IMG/VR virus record: IMGVR_UViG_3300025674_000014
Length of the DNA stretch: 64,000 bases
Origin: a virus
Taxonomy: Duplodnaviria; Caudoviricetes
Direction: 5' to 3' (one strand)
Positions 35,189-44,358 of the stretch are shown one piece after another (position 1 is the stretch's first letter; each line of letters starts with the position of its first letter). Position numbers and translations under genes: made by a program. The notes below the pieces were generated by a model that searched no databases, was not told the DNA's origin, and saw nothing but the letters and a program-made list of their open reading frames with translations.

Positions 35189-36774
35189 GATTTTAATGTA
35201 ATACTAGTACCATGGTGTCTTTTTATATCCATACCCATGTCTACATTTAAAATTCCCTTATTAATATAATCTAAAATTTTGTTAAAAGAGTTAACAAATA
35301 TTTCTTTTTTACCTTCCCCGTCAAATGAAAATACCAAAGCATCTAATTTATTATTACAAAAAAGTAAATAATTGAATTTTTCATGAGCATGATATTGACA
35401 AATTTGTAAAGAAGCTATTATAGCTTCCAAAATATTTTTATTTTTATGTCTTTGCATTTCATCTAATAATTCAGGTGTTAATATTTCATTTAAACCTTCT
35501 TTATAAGATTTTCTCTCTAAAACTGTTTCACTTTCACTACTTAGTTGTAAAAATGCATCAACAATGTGTTTTTTATCTAAATTCCAATCATGAAGAAAAA
35601 ATGCAGGCACTACATGATTAGTAGTGTCATTTCTGTCAATTTTTAATTTATTTTTTTTGGCTCTAAGAAATGATTGTACGCTACTTATAAAATTATTTTT
35701 TTTATTATTAACTTGTTTAGTTGTTTCTTTATTTAATTTATCAATTAAAGCAGGGATTTGTTCGTGTTCTATCTCGTCTTGTTTACCAAAAAGTAAATTG
35801 TTAAAAGATATTTCAAAATCATCATAATTAAATTCTTTATCATTTACTACTAAATTATGTAAATTTTTTACAAGATCGTATAACTCGTTTAACTTGTTTG
35901 AATAAAAATTAAATTCATTCTGATTTTTAGATTTTTTTTCTATATTATTTTTAGGTTGAATGTAATTTAATAAATCATTTCTTGATTTTACTAACTCTTG
36001 ATATTTTTCTCTAACTTCATGTGCAGTATGTACATTATTATTAGTTTTAGATAAAAGTTTTTGAATATATTCAATTACTTCTGCAGGCTTACCGGTTGCT
36101 CCAGCTCTACCTTTTTCACCTTTTACCTCAATAGTACCAAATCCAGGTACAAAAACATCACCTTTTTGACCTTTGTTTTTCAATGATTGTACTGCATCAG
36201 AAAAAAATGTAAAACAAATTTCGCCTTTACCTACCCCTACACCACTTACCGCTCCTTCTACATCATAAACAGCTTTTATAGTTTCTTTAACATTGGAAAA
36301 TGTATCATTAACTAATTTAGTACTAAAAGAATCATAAAGACTAAAAATATCACCACTACTAGCAGAAGATTGTAAATCTGAAGAAAATTTTGTAAGTTTA
36401 TTTTTGTTATCTTTTATTAATTTAAGACTAAAATTATTAACATCTGACGTATCTTCAATAGCATTAACGACAGGAATTAATATTTTTGAATTATAAGATG
36501 TATTTTCACCCTTTTTATTATTTGAACTCTTCCAACCACCTTCTTGTAAAATTTCATCAATGTAACGAAATGATCCACCGGATCTATTAGCAACCTGTCT
36601 TTGTAATTTTTTAGCTTCTTCATCAGGTAAATACCCAACTATTTTTTGTTCACCGTCATCTGTTTTAAAAATAATTTGAGTATCTTCACCTATTACTCTT
36701 TGTCTTTGTAATTTGGGTATCTTTTTAAAAGCGTTATCGCCGTATATATCTGCTAATGATCTATATTTGCTCAT
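35185..36774 (-). CDS. protein with PD-(D/E)xK nuclease-like core
   Basis: GVGKGE..F.......GDV......IEVKG. Confidence 0.5.
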   Translation of the reverse strand: MSKYRSLADIYGDNAFKKIPKLQRQRVIGEDTQIIFKTDDGEQKIVGYLPDEEAKKLQRQVANRSGGSFRYIDEILQEGGWKSSNNKKGENTSYNSKILIPVVNAIEDTSDVNNFSLKLIKDNKNKLTKFSSDLQSSASSGDIFSLYDSFSTKLVNDTFSNVKETIKAVYDVEGAVSGVGVGKGEICFTFFSDAVQSLKNKGQKGDVFVPGFGTIEVKGEKGRAGATGKPAEVIEYIQKLLSKTNNNVHTAHEVREKYQELVKSRNDLLNYIQPKNNIEKKSKNQNEFNFYSNKLNELYDLVKNLHNLVVNDKEFNYDDFEISFNNLLFGKQDEIEHEQIPALIDKLNKETTKQVNNKKNNFISSVQSFLRAKKNKLKIDRNDTTNHVVPAFFLHDWNLDKKHIVDAFLQLSSESETVLERKSYKEGLNEILTPELLDEMQRHKNKNILEAIIASLQICQYHAHEKFNYLLFCNNKLDALVFSFDGEGKKEIFVNSFNKILDYINKGILNVDMGMDIKRHHGTSITLKS

Positions 36775-36775
36775 A

Positions 36776-37141
36776 TTAATAATCTATATCAGGGTCGTCT
36801 GAATAAGAATTTATAAACTGTTTAAGTTTAGACAATATTTCACGACCATTTTCTTCATTAATTTCTTCATCTAAGATGGAAGGAGGAATTGTACCTTCGG
36901 TTGGTTCTAAAACTAATGCTTTACGAATAAGTCTGATCAATTCAACTTCACCTTCAGGTGTTAACTGCTTTACTTCGGGTTCTGGTTCGGTAATTGTTTC
37001 AGACTGTTGAGCAACCATTTCCTGCCCTGGCTGAGCAGGAGGTACAGACATTTGAGCGGTTGGATCAACAGGCTGTTCTTCAAGCATTTTATACTTGTTA
37101 CCAATTAAACTAAAAAATTTGCTGTGCGTTTTTATTTTCAT
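36776..37141 (-). CDS. hypothetical acidic late protein
   Basis: Coupled in late operon; MLEE motif. Confidence 0.55.
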   Translation of the reverse strand: MKIKTHSKFFSLIGNKYKMLEEQPVDPTAQMSVPPAQPGQEMVAQQSETITEPEPEVKQLTPEGEVELIRLIRKALVLEPTEGTIPPSILDEEINEENGREILSKLKQFINSYSDDPDIDY

Positions 37142-37641
37142 TGTAATTGAGCTTTAATTTGTTTATTCATATCTGAATATTTTTTAGCAGCAAGCCCTAC
37201 TAACCTATCTCTTTCTTTAACTGCTGCAGCCGCGGCACCTCTACTACCAGCACCTACACCAAGAAAAGCACCTGCTTTTTGTAATTTATTAGCTTTTTCA
37301 GCAGCCCTTTCAACATGATCATCTAAATCATAGTTGGATGTGTTAGCTTTTATTTTTGGATCTATACTACCTTTACCGGTAGGGTCAGACATAGAAATTT
37401 CATCTTCAGGAAATTCTTCTTTCTTGGGAGCAAGTAAACTATCTACTTTAAAAATTAATTTGTTAATAGCTTTAAATAGTTCTGGGTTATCTCTATGCTT
37501 TTCTACAGCAATTTTAACTACGTCATCATCATTAATTAAATCTCTGATAGATTCTAAAACATCTCTACCAATAGAAATTTGATCTTCGTCTTCTGAGACA
37601 TAGTTTTCAAACCCTTCTTTAATGGCTTGGTCGAACTTCAT
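37138..37641 (-). CDS. hypothetical late protein
   Basis: TAAATA promoter; MKFDQAIKEG. Confidence 0.55.
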   Translation of the reverse strand: MKFDQAIKEGFENYVSEDEDQISIGRDVLESIRDLINDDDVVKIAVEKHRDNPELFKAINKLIFKVDSLLAPKKEEFPEDEISMSDPTGKGSIDPKIKANTSNYDLDDHVERAAEKANKLQKAGAFLGVGAGSRGAAAAAVKERDRLVGLAAKKYSDMNKQIKAQLQ

Positions 37642-37646
37642 ATCTA

Positions 37647-37656
37647 TATTTATTTA
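37647..37656 (-). promoter_or_regulatory. gp55-type late promoter (37641-33872 operon)
   Basis: TAAATAAATA, ATG 5 nt later. Confidence 0.7.
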
Positions 37657-38210
37657 AAAGCAATCTGTTTAGTTTTTATATTGTTAAAATATTCCCCAGA
37701 TAAAAAGTTAAGTTCATTTACCTTTGCAAACTTTTTTACCTTTTCAAAAGTAAAATTTTCTACTTTAAACTTATTAACTGTATCTACTATTCTAATTAAC
37801 GTGCCTCTAGCTCTACCATCATCTATAGTTAACAAATGACTGAAGAACTCTAAACTCTTACTCGAAATAACAACTTTAATAGGTAAAATAGTCCTTATCC
37901 TTAACAACATCTTAGTTACTAATTTCAAATATACGGATTCATCTATATATTTCAACACTTCACTATCGTAAAATTGTGTATTATTAAAGTAAAGTAGTAA
38001 TTTATTAGTGGTTTTATAAGAATTTAAATAGTCTACCGTTTCTTTAATTGTAAAATGAAGTATTAATTTTCTACAATCCTTAGATAAATCGTAAAGTGAG
38101 TCAAGTAACTGAAGATTATGGAGTTCATCTATTAACCGCTGCTCAAAAGACAAATGTATCTGTTGATAATCAATTAATGTAACATTATACTCTGGCAGAT
38201 CTAATCTCAC
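37650..38210 (-). CDS. hypothetical protein
   Basis: GTG start 6 nt after TTGAAC-N16-TAAAAT. Confidence 0.55.
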   Translation of the reverse strand: MRLDLPEYNVTLIDYQQIHLSFEQRLIDELHNLQLLDSLYDLSKDCRKLILHFTIKETVDYLNSYKTTNKLLLYFNNTQFYDSEVLKYIDESVYLKLVTKMLLRIRTILPIKVVISSKSLEFFSHLLTIDDGRARGTLIRIVDTVNKFKVENFTFEKVKKFAKVNELNFLSGEYFNNIKTKQIAFK

Positions 38211-38216
38211 AATGTG

Positions 38217-38244
38217 ATTTTAACGTGTCTGCAGACTAGTTCAA
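38217..38244 (-). promoter_or_regulatory. early/middle-type promoter for ORF 38210
   Basis: TTGAAC-N16-TAAAAT, GTG 6 nt later. Confidence 0.75.
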
Positions 38245-38657
38245 CTCTTTTTTATCTTACCTAGTCTTAAGTTAATTATTCCGTTGTAGAATTTATCCTC
38301 GTTTAACAGTACGTCGTTATCAAACTGTAACTTTGCTTCATAATATGCTAATTCAGATTTAGAATTACAGAATCTAACTATTTCGAACATAAACTTATCT
38401 TTACCGTACTCAATTAGATCGTGATTAACCTTATCAGATGAAGATGTGTATGTTTTCCAATCTGTTTCTTTAACTACATGTCTTCGGCGTGATTTACCTT
38501 TAAGAGGAGGAAGTTTTGCTATTTTTTGAGCCTGTTTTTTACCGATATATTTTTTACCAGTAACAGTATTGGTTATAATGTAGATAAAGCCGAAAAAGTT
38601 TTCAGGTATATCTTCTTTTTTACCATTATAAGTCCAATGCCCTAAATTATCAACCAT
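38241..38657 (-). CDS. GIY-YIG family endonuclease (Seg-like)
   Basis: GFIYIITN...KKYIGKK, YTSSS, F.FEI, E..LQ....VL..FYN; likely start 38657. Confidence 0.75.
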   Translation of the reverse strand: MVDNLGHWTYNGKKEDIPENFFGFIYIITNTVTGKKYIGKKQAQKIAKLPPLKGKSRRRHVVKETDWKTYTSSSDKVNHDLIEYGKDKFMFEIVRFCNSKSELAYYEAKLQFDNDVLLNEDKFYNGIINLRLGKIKKS

Positions 38658-38859
38658 TTTTCTTCTTTTTCTTTTTACGCTTCTTTTTAGTATTACGTCG
38701 TTGAACACTTCCTAATACTTTAGGCATTCTATAATCACCTGGAGCGTAATTATCACCAGAAAATTGGGACGATGTCCATGTACCTAAAGCCCCACCGGGT
38801 CCAGCTACATTACCATCTTCGTCAAGCAACTTTAAAAATATGTTTTTAAACGTTGACAT
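38650..38859 (-). CDS. small late protein with poly-K/R tail
   Basis: TATAAATA promoter; MSTFKNIFLKLLDED...KKKRKKKKKK. Confidence 0.6.
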   Translation of the reverse strand: MSTFKNIFLKLLDEDGNVAGPGGALGTWTSSQFSGDNYAPGDYRMPKVLGSVQRRNTKKKRKKKKKKNG

Positions 38860-38880
38860 TAATAGTATTTATAGCATAAT
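38853..38880 (+). promoter_or_regulatory. early/middle-type promoter for uvsY
   Basis: TTGACA-N16-CATAAT, ATG 8 nt later. Confidence 0.7.
38866..38873 (-). promoter_or_regulatory. gp55-type late promoter, full consensus
   Basis: TATAAATA, ATG 6 nt later. Confidence 0.8.
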
Positions 38881-38888
38881 CTATTTAG

Positions 38889-39287
38889 ATGTCTGAATTA
38901 ATAGATCAATATAATAATGAACTCAAAGAACATTTAGTGTTAGATGAGTTTAACATTAAAGATGCTCAAATGAAGTTACCAGGACGTAAACATCTTTGGG
39001 TTGGTCGTTTGATGAGACATAAACAGGAACTTAATAATTTAAAAACTAAAAAGAGTAAACTTATACAAAAGATAACTAAATCTATTCAAGAAAGTAGTGC
39101 TGTTAGATTATCAGTACCAGCTGCTGAAAAGGTAGCATGGAATACAGAACCAATTAAAGAACTTTCCTCACAAATTGGTGAACAAGAACTTATAATTGAG
39201 TTTTTAGAAAAGATTGAAAAAATATTTAGCGGTATGAGTTATGATATAAAAAATATTATTGAGATTCAAAAACTCGAAACAATGTAA
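38889..39287 (+). CDS. uvsY: recombination mediator UvsY
   Basis: Helical 132 aa protein; EFLE..EK.F..M.YDIKN.IE.; upstream of uvsW. Confidence 0.75.
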   Translation: MSELIDQYNNELKEHLVLDEFNIKDAQMKLPGRKHLWVGRLMRHKQELNNLKTKKSKLIQKITKSIQESSAVRLSVPAAEKVAWNTEPIKELSSQIGEQELIIEFLEKIEKIFSGMSYDIKNIIEIQKLETM

Positions 39288-39817
39288 TGAATAAACCTAA
39301 ACTAATTTTGTTTGATGTAGATGGTGTGTTAACAGACGGTAAAGCTACTTATGATAGTGTGAGTTATGTTGGATATAAACAATATAACTATAAAGATATA
39401 ACTGCATTAAGACGGTTTAAAAAGGAACTAGATATTGATGTTGCTCTTTTTACAGGCAGTAAGGAAATAAATCAAGCTTATGCTAAAAGTAAAAAGGTGA
39501 AATGTTATTATGTTAACCCTAATATAACTAACAAAGTAGAAAAACTAATTCACATTTGTAATTTAGATAGCATTAAACCTTCTCAAGTTGGTTATGTTGG
39601 TGATGATTACCAAGATTATGAAATTATGAAAGCAGTTGGGTTTAAATACTGTCCGTGTGATGCAATTTACGACATTAGAAATATTAAAGATGTAAATGTA
39701 TTACCTATACGTGGCGGTGAAGGTGTAGCTGACTGCGTTTTTTCAACAATTAAATACAAATTAAAGGATGATGAATATTGTAATTCCAATGGCAGGAAAA
39801 AGTTCTTCTTTTTCTAA
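39287..39817 (+). CDS. KdsC-like HAD (C0) phosphatase
   Basis: FDVDGVLTDG, D, K, YVGDD..D..IM..VG...CP.DA, GG.GV. Confidence 0.8.
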   Translation: MNKPKLILFDVDGVLTDGKATYDSVSYVGYKQYNYKDITALRRFKKELDIDVALFTGSKEINQAYAKSKKVKCYYVNPNITNKVEKLIHICNLDSIKPSQVGYVGDDYQDYEIMKAVGFKYCPCDAIYDIRNIKDVNVLPIRGGEGVADCVFSTIKYKLKDDEYCNSNGRKKFFFF

Positions 39818-40496
39818 TGAAGGTATAGAAACCCCAAAACCTTTTATTGATATAAAAGGCAAAACAATGGTTCAGCGTGCTTATGAATCATTAAACTTAG
39901 ATCATGTTGCAAATAATGTTTATTTCATAGCATTGGAAGAACATAAAGATGAATATGATGTAGATAACGTTATAAAAAGTTTTTGTGAAAAGGCTAAAGT
40001 AGTTTACTTACCTAAAGTTACTTCTGGGCCTGCTGAAACACTTTATCAATTAAAAGGTATTATTCCTGATGATGAACCAATGTTACAAACTAATGTTGAT
40101 CAGATACTTGATTGGGATAGTAACAGGTTTGTTGAGTTTGTTAAAAATGATGAGTATGATGCAGTGTTAGTCACCATTAATGTAGTTGATCCACATTACA
40201 GTTATGCAAGATATAACCATAAACGCGAAGCTATTGACGTTATGGAAAAAACTATCATATCAAATGAAGGGTTAATTGGTACTCATTACTGGAAAAAAGC
40301 TAGTGATTATTTTAGATCGTTTGAAAAAGCAAAAGAACAAGGTTTAACTTATAATGATGAAATATATGTATCATTAACTTTTAATCCTCTTATTGAAGAA
40401 GGTAAAATTGTAAAAGACTTTAAACTTAAACAATCTGAAAAACAAAACGTAGTAGGTGATGTACCTAGTTTAAGCCTTTATGAAGACAGACTCTGA
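39768..40496 (+). CDS. sugar-phosphate nucleotidyltransferase
   Basis: IVIPMAG..S.F...G...PKPFI.I.GKTM, T.GPA.T, N.DQ, G.HYW, E.YV. Confidence 0.75.
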   Translation: MMNIVIPMAGKSSSFSNEGIETPKPFIDIKGKTMVQRAYESLNLDHVANNVYFIALEEHKDEYDVDNVIKSFCEKAKVVYLPKVTSGPAETLYQLKGIIPDDEPMLQTNVDQILDWDSNRFVEFVKNDEYDAVLVTINVVDPHYSYARYNHKREAIDVMEKTIISNEGLIGTHYWKKASDYFRSFEKAKEQGLTYNDEIYVSLTFNPLIEEGKIVKDFKLKQSEKQNVVGDVPSLSLYEDRL

Positions 40497-41289
40497 TTTA
40501 ACCATTTTAGTTTTATCATCAGACCACTATCAACCTATTATCAAGGTGTGGGAAAAGTATTTTGTTAAACATTGGTCTGATTGCCCTTATAAAGTTGTTT
40601 CTGTTTGTAACTTTGATCACTATGATAGTGAGGTTATTAACTTTGAAACTACTAACATTAAACCACAACCTGATGCATCTCATTTTAAAGGTATGCTTCT
40701 TCATGCTTTAGACAAAATAGATACCAAATATATTTTGTACATGTGTGAAGATCAAATACTAGTTAGAGATGCAGTGACTGATAATTTTACACAAGCTATT
40801 AGTTATATGGACAAAAACGATATAACTAAAATTAGATGTTTATCAATGCCTGAACCTGATACTGATTTAGATATTGAAGAAGGTATCATTAATAATGAAA
40901 ATTTTGGTTTTATCTCACTTGATAATGAGTATAGAAATTCACTTCAAGCTGCTATCTGGAATAAAGAACGTTTTGTTGAGTTGCTTAAAACACGAGAAGA
41001 TGTATATTCTGGGTGGGTGCTTGAAACAGATGAAAACTTCAGAGAGTATTCTAAGAAATGGAAATATGTTGCATGTAAACACGGTAAAGGTGGTACATTT
41101 TTAGATAGGTATCCTGGTCAAGGTGATTCACCTTTGCTTAATTACGTGGAGTTAGTAAGGTGGGGTAAATTTGATAGGTTATATATTGAATATTTTCGCG
41201 ACATATTTAAAAAAGACAATTTCACCGTCGATGTTTCCGAATATGATAAATTCGGTGCAGGATTAACACCAGAAGAATTACCTCAGTAG
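40480..41289 (+). CDS. GT-A-like glycosyltransferase
   Basis: ILVLSSD.Y....W, YILYMCED, SLQAAIW, W..E. Confidence 0.5.
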   Translation: MKTDSDLTILVLSSDHYQPIIKVWEKYFVKHWSDCPYKVVSVCNFDHYDSEVINFETTNIKPQPDASHFKGMLLHALDKIDTKYILYMCEDQILVRDAVTDNFTQAISYMDKNDITKIRCLSMPEPDTDLDIEEGIINNENFGFISLDNEYRNSLQAAIWNKERFVELLKTREDVYSGWVLETDENFREYSKKWKYVACKHGKGGTFLDRYPGQGDSPLLNYVELVRWGKFDRLYIEYFRDIFKKDNFTVDVSEYDKFGAGLTPEELPQ

Positions 41290-41290
41290 C

Positions 41291-41318
41291 TTGACTGTTT
41301 AAGTATATATATTATTAT
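41291..41318 (+). promoter_or_regulatory. early/middle-type promoter for uvsW
   Basis: TTGACT-N16-TATTAT, ATG 7 nt later. Confidence 0.8.
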
Positions 41319-41325
41319 ATCTTAA

Positions 41326-42768
41326 ATGGCTAAGTTTATTTACGATAATAAAAAACGTAAAGCTACAATCTTTTCAGATCAGTTAGATCTAATTAGAGAA
41401 CATTTTTCTTACCCTAACGAAGGTGCAGTTTTTGCAAGAAGGCGTGGTGCATGGTTTATGCCCACGCGTTCCTATATTATAACCCCTGCTGGTAAGTATG
41501 ATGTGGGTATGACTTTAGATATAATCAAATATATTAAAAGAGAATTACCTAATGAACCTATTATAATAGACGAATCAATAAAAGATGTTATTAAACCTTC
41601 AATTAATGCAGAGAAGGTATCCCTAGCTTTAGAGTTACGTGATTATCAAGGTGAAATTGTTGATGAGTGCGTTAAGTTTGGTAGAGGGGTTGTAGTGTTG
41701 GCTACTGCTGGTGGCAAAACCTTAACTATGGCTAATTTGCTTGAACGTATCTATCAAACATCACAGAATAAAGAAACTTGGAAAGCTCTTATTATCGTAC
41801 CTGACTTAGGATTGGTAAATCAAACGTTTGCTGACTTTGAAAACTATAAAGTTAATTTTACCCACGGTAAATGGACCGGTAATAACCCGGTTAATATAGC
41901 TGACAATGTTATTATAGCTAATATGGGTATATTACAAAGTGATAAAAGTGATATTGACTTTATTAACTATGTAGATGTACTTGTTATTGATGAAGTACAT
42001 AAAATAAGAGCTAAAAATAAGATTAATAAAATAGTAACCAAAATTAACACTAGTAATAAATTTGGGTTTACAGGTACCTTACCCGATAATGATGCTGATA
42101 TGTGGAATATATTCGGTAAAATCGGGCCTGTTATATATGAAAAAGGTAGTTATGAGTTACGATTAGAAAATTATGTTAGTAATGCTTTGGTACAAGTAGT
42201 TAAACTTCATTACAAAACTAAACCTCGCTACTCTACTGAAATAAATGACCCCGGTGAACGGTATAGGCAAGAGTTTGAGTTTCTATTTACTAATAGTTTT
42301 AGGAACAATGTTATTAAAAAGTTATCTACAGGTGTAAAAAAGAACACTCTTATACTTGTAGACTTTATTAGACATGGGGAAGAGTTATATAATGTATTAA
42401 GTCAAGACGAAAGTAAAAAAGTATATTTTATTCAAGGAGACGTCGATGTTGAAGAACGTGATAAAATTAAAAAACTTATTGAAAGTAACGATAACATTAT
42501 TTGTATTGCTATTAGTAAAATATTCAGTACTGGGATTAGTATCAATAACCTTCATTACATTATTTTTGCTTCAGGAGGTAAAGCAAAAGTTAAAATATTA
42601 CAGTCAATTGGTCGTGGGTTACGTCTTCACAAAAACAAAAATAAATTAGTTATTATAGATATTGCCGATCAGTTAAGGTATAGTGAACAACATTCTGAAA
42701 AACGAATCGATTTATATCAGTCAGAAAATATTCAAACAAAAATCGTTGATTTTTACGAGAACAGTTGA
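41326..42768 (+). CDS. uvsW: SF2 DNA helicase UvsW
   Basis: LRDYQ, ATAGGKT, DEVH, FGFTGT, FSTGISI, LQSIGRGLR. Confidence 0.9.
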   Translation: MAKFIYDNKKRKATIFSDQLDLIREHFSYPNEGAVFARRRGAWFMPTRSYIITPAGKYDVGMTLDIIKYIKRELPNEPIIIDESIKDVIKPSINAEKVSLALELRDYQGEIVDECVKFGRGVVVLATAGGKTLTMANLLERIYQTSQNKETWKALIIVPDLGLVNQTFADFENYKVNFTHGKWTGNNPVNIADNVIIANMGILQSDKSDIDFINYVDVLVIDEVHKIRAKNKINKIVTKINTSNKFGFTGTLPDNDADMWNIFGKIGPVIYEKGSYELRLENYVSNALVQVVKLHYKTKPRYSTEINDPGERYRQEFEFLFTNSFRNNVIKKLSTGVKKNTLILVDFIRHGEELYNVLSQDESKKVYFIQGDVDVEERDKIKKLIESNDNIICIAISKIFSTGISINNLHYIIFASGGKAKVKILQSIGRGLRLHKNKNKLVIIDIADQLRYSEQHSEKRIDLYQSENIQTKIVDFYENS

Positions 42769-42792
42769 TATAAGCGTTCCCTATTCTATTAT
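42765..42792 (+). promoter_or_regulatory. early/middle-type promoter for gene 55
   Basis: TTGATA-N16-TATTAT, ATG 9 nt later. Confidence 0.75.
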
Positions 42793-42801
42793 TCATTTAG
42801 A

Positions 42802-43284
42802 ATGCAAGCTAAAAAACCTAAAAACGGTCAAAAGATTAAACCAAAGAGTAAAGAACATTACGTAAACTCTAAAGAATTTAAAGAAGCTATAGCTCGTTAT
42901 TATGAAACCGATGTTTGTAATGATGAATTAGGTGAAATGATTACTAAAATAGCTCATGGTTTAAGTTACGCACCTAATTTTATCAATTATTCATATAAAG
43001 ATGAAATGGTAGGTGATGCAGTAGTTAAAATGTTTACAGCATTGTTTAATAAAAAGTTTGATCTTGATGCTGTAGATAGTAAAGGTAACAAATATAACCC
43101 ATTTTCATATTTTACCACAATTGCATTCCATGCTTTTATTAATCGTATTAAGAAAGAAAAGAGACACTTCGATGCTATTAACGAATATAAGGAACGGGTG
43201 TATGAAGAGATGTTAAATAGCGAAGAGGTCGAACAACGTGTTTATGTCCGACCTCAATCTGAAGATGATTTAAATTACGATTAA
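42802..43284 (+). CDS. 55: late transcription sigma factor gp55
   Basis: HYVN..EF, NFINYSYKDEM.GDA, NPFSYFT.IAF.AFI.RIKKEK. Confidence 0.9.
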   Translation: MQAKKPKNGQKIKPKSKEHYVNSKEFKEAIARYYETDVCNDELGEMITKIAHGLSYAPNFINYSYKDEMVGDAVVKMFTALFNKKFDLDAVDSKGNKYNPFSYFTTIAFHAFINRIKKEKRHFDAINEYKERVYEEMLNSEEVEQRVYVRPQSEDDLNYD

Positions 43285-44324
43285 GCTGATCTATATTCCG
43301 GTGTGGGTTCAGGGGCATGTGTTTTTAATATGTCCCAAACTTTATAAAACTGAATCATACTTTTTCTAGCTTCATTTTCGGCCCCGTAATCAACGAATGC
43401 GGGGTCGTTTTCCCCATCATGTGGCCAATCTTGGAAGTGAATAGTAAACGGTTTTCGTATTAAATAGTATGCACTTAAAATAATTTCTTCAGTAAAGAAA
43501 TCAGATTCAGGTGGCCTGGTAGCTGCAAGGGTTTCTAACCCTTTTTCATAAAAAGAAAACAACTTATCAAATTCTTTTGGTTGTAGTCCAATAACACCAC
43601 CTACTAGCTGGTATCTCATTGAAGCATCTTCTTGAGAAAAACCATACTCTTTCATTAATAAGTTCTTAAGATGATTAACGTGATAACTATTATACCAAAT
43701 GTTACTATGTTTAAATTCAAACATACCATGTTTAGTAATTAAGTTATCTAAACCTTTACCAATTTCAGGAGTATAAATGTTATTCTTGTTCCAAGGCCAG
43801 TAATGCCTCTTATCAAAGAAATTATTAATCTCAACACCACCTTTACTAAACGGTGTCAAAGCCCAATGAGTTATACCCGAATCAATCCAACAGAAGTTTT
43901 CAGTATTAAATGGATTTTCCTCAGCAACACTTTTTACAAAGTAAAGTTTTCTGTGACACAAAATTTCACAACGTGCATGAAAGAAACCCGGTTCATCAGG
44001 ATTAGTTTTTTTACGTTCTTCTGCTTCCCATGTTTGATATTCAATGCAAGCTTCTCTATGCTTTCTAATAATATCTTTATATTTGAAATCACCAATCTCA
44101 CTCTTAATAATTTTCCATCTGTTTTCGCCTGTCACCATTGTTAGGTATTCCATATACCGTTTAACTTTGTGATAACCTCTATCATCACAATGGACAACAA
44201 TTGGTAAGCCGAAGTTGTAAATGTTTTGTAAGGAAGAGAAGTAATACTGTTCTTGCCAACTACGTCCTCCGAACTCTCCCTCTCTATCACTAAAATAAAT
44301 TCCTGTAACTAATGTAGTACTCAT
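43281..44324 (-). CDS. HtrL/YibB-like glycosyltransferase-like protein (paralogue of 24752..25819)
   Basis: LVTGIY, R.EILCH.KL, ENPF....CWIDSG, VGGVIG, TEE. Confidence 0.55.
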   Translation of the reverse strand: MSTTLVTGIYFSDREGEFGGRSWQEQYYFSSLQNIYNFGLPIVVHCDDRGYHKVKRYMEYLTMVTGENRWKIIKSEIGDFKYKDIIRKHREACIEYQTWEAEERKKTNPDEPGFFHARCEILCHRKLYFVKSVAEENPFNTENFCWIDSGITHWALTPFSKGGVEINNFFDKRHYWPWNKNNIYTPEIGKGLDNLITKHGMFEFKHSNIWYNSYHVNHLKNLLMKEYGFSQEDASMRYQLVGGVIGLQPKEFDKLFSFYEKGLETLAATRPPESDFFTEEIILSAYYLIRKPFTIHFQDWPHDGENDPAFVDYGAENEARKSMIQFYKVWDILKTHAPEPTPEYRSA

Positions 44325-44351
44325 GGATTATGCTTTGTTATAATATATTAT
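44324..44351 (+). promoter_or_regulatory. early/middle-type promoter for gene 47
   Basis: TGGATT-N16-TATTAT, GTG 7 nt later. Confidence 0.65.
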
Positions 44352-44358
44352 TTAAAAA

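Noticed and set aside
38241-38657. GIY-YIG gene as an active mobile homing element
   Set aside because: It is short, not inside an intron, and translationally coupled in a late operon; no insertion scar is visible, so it is listed only as a CDS.
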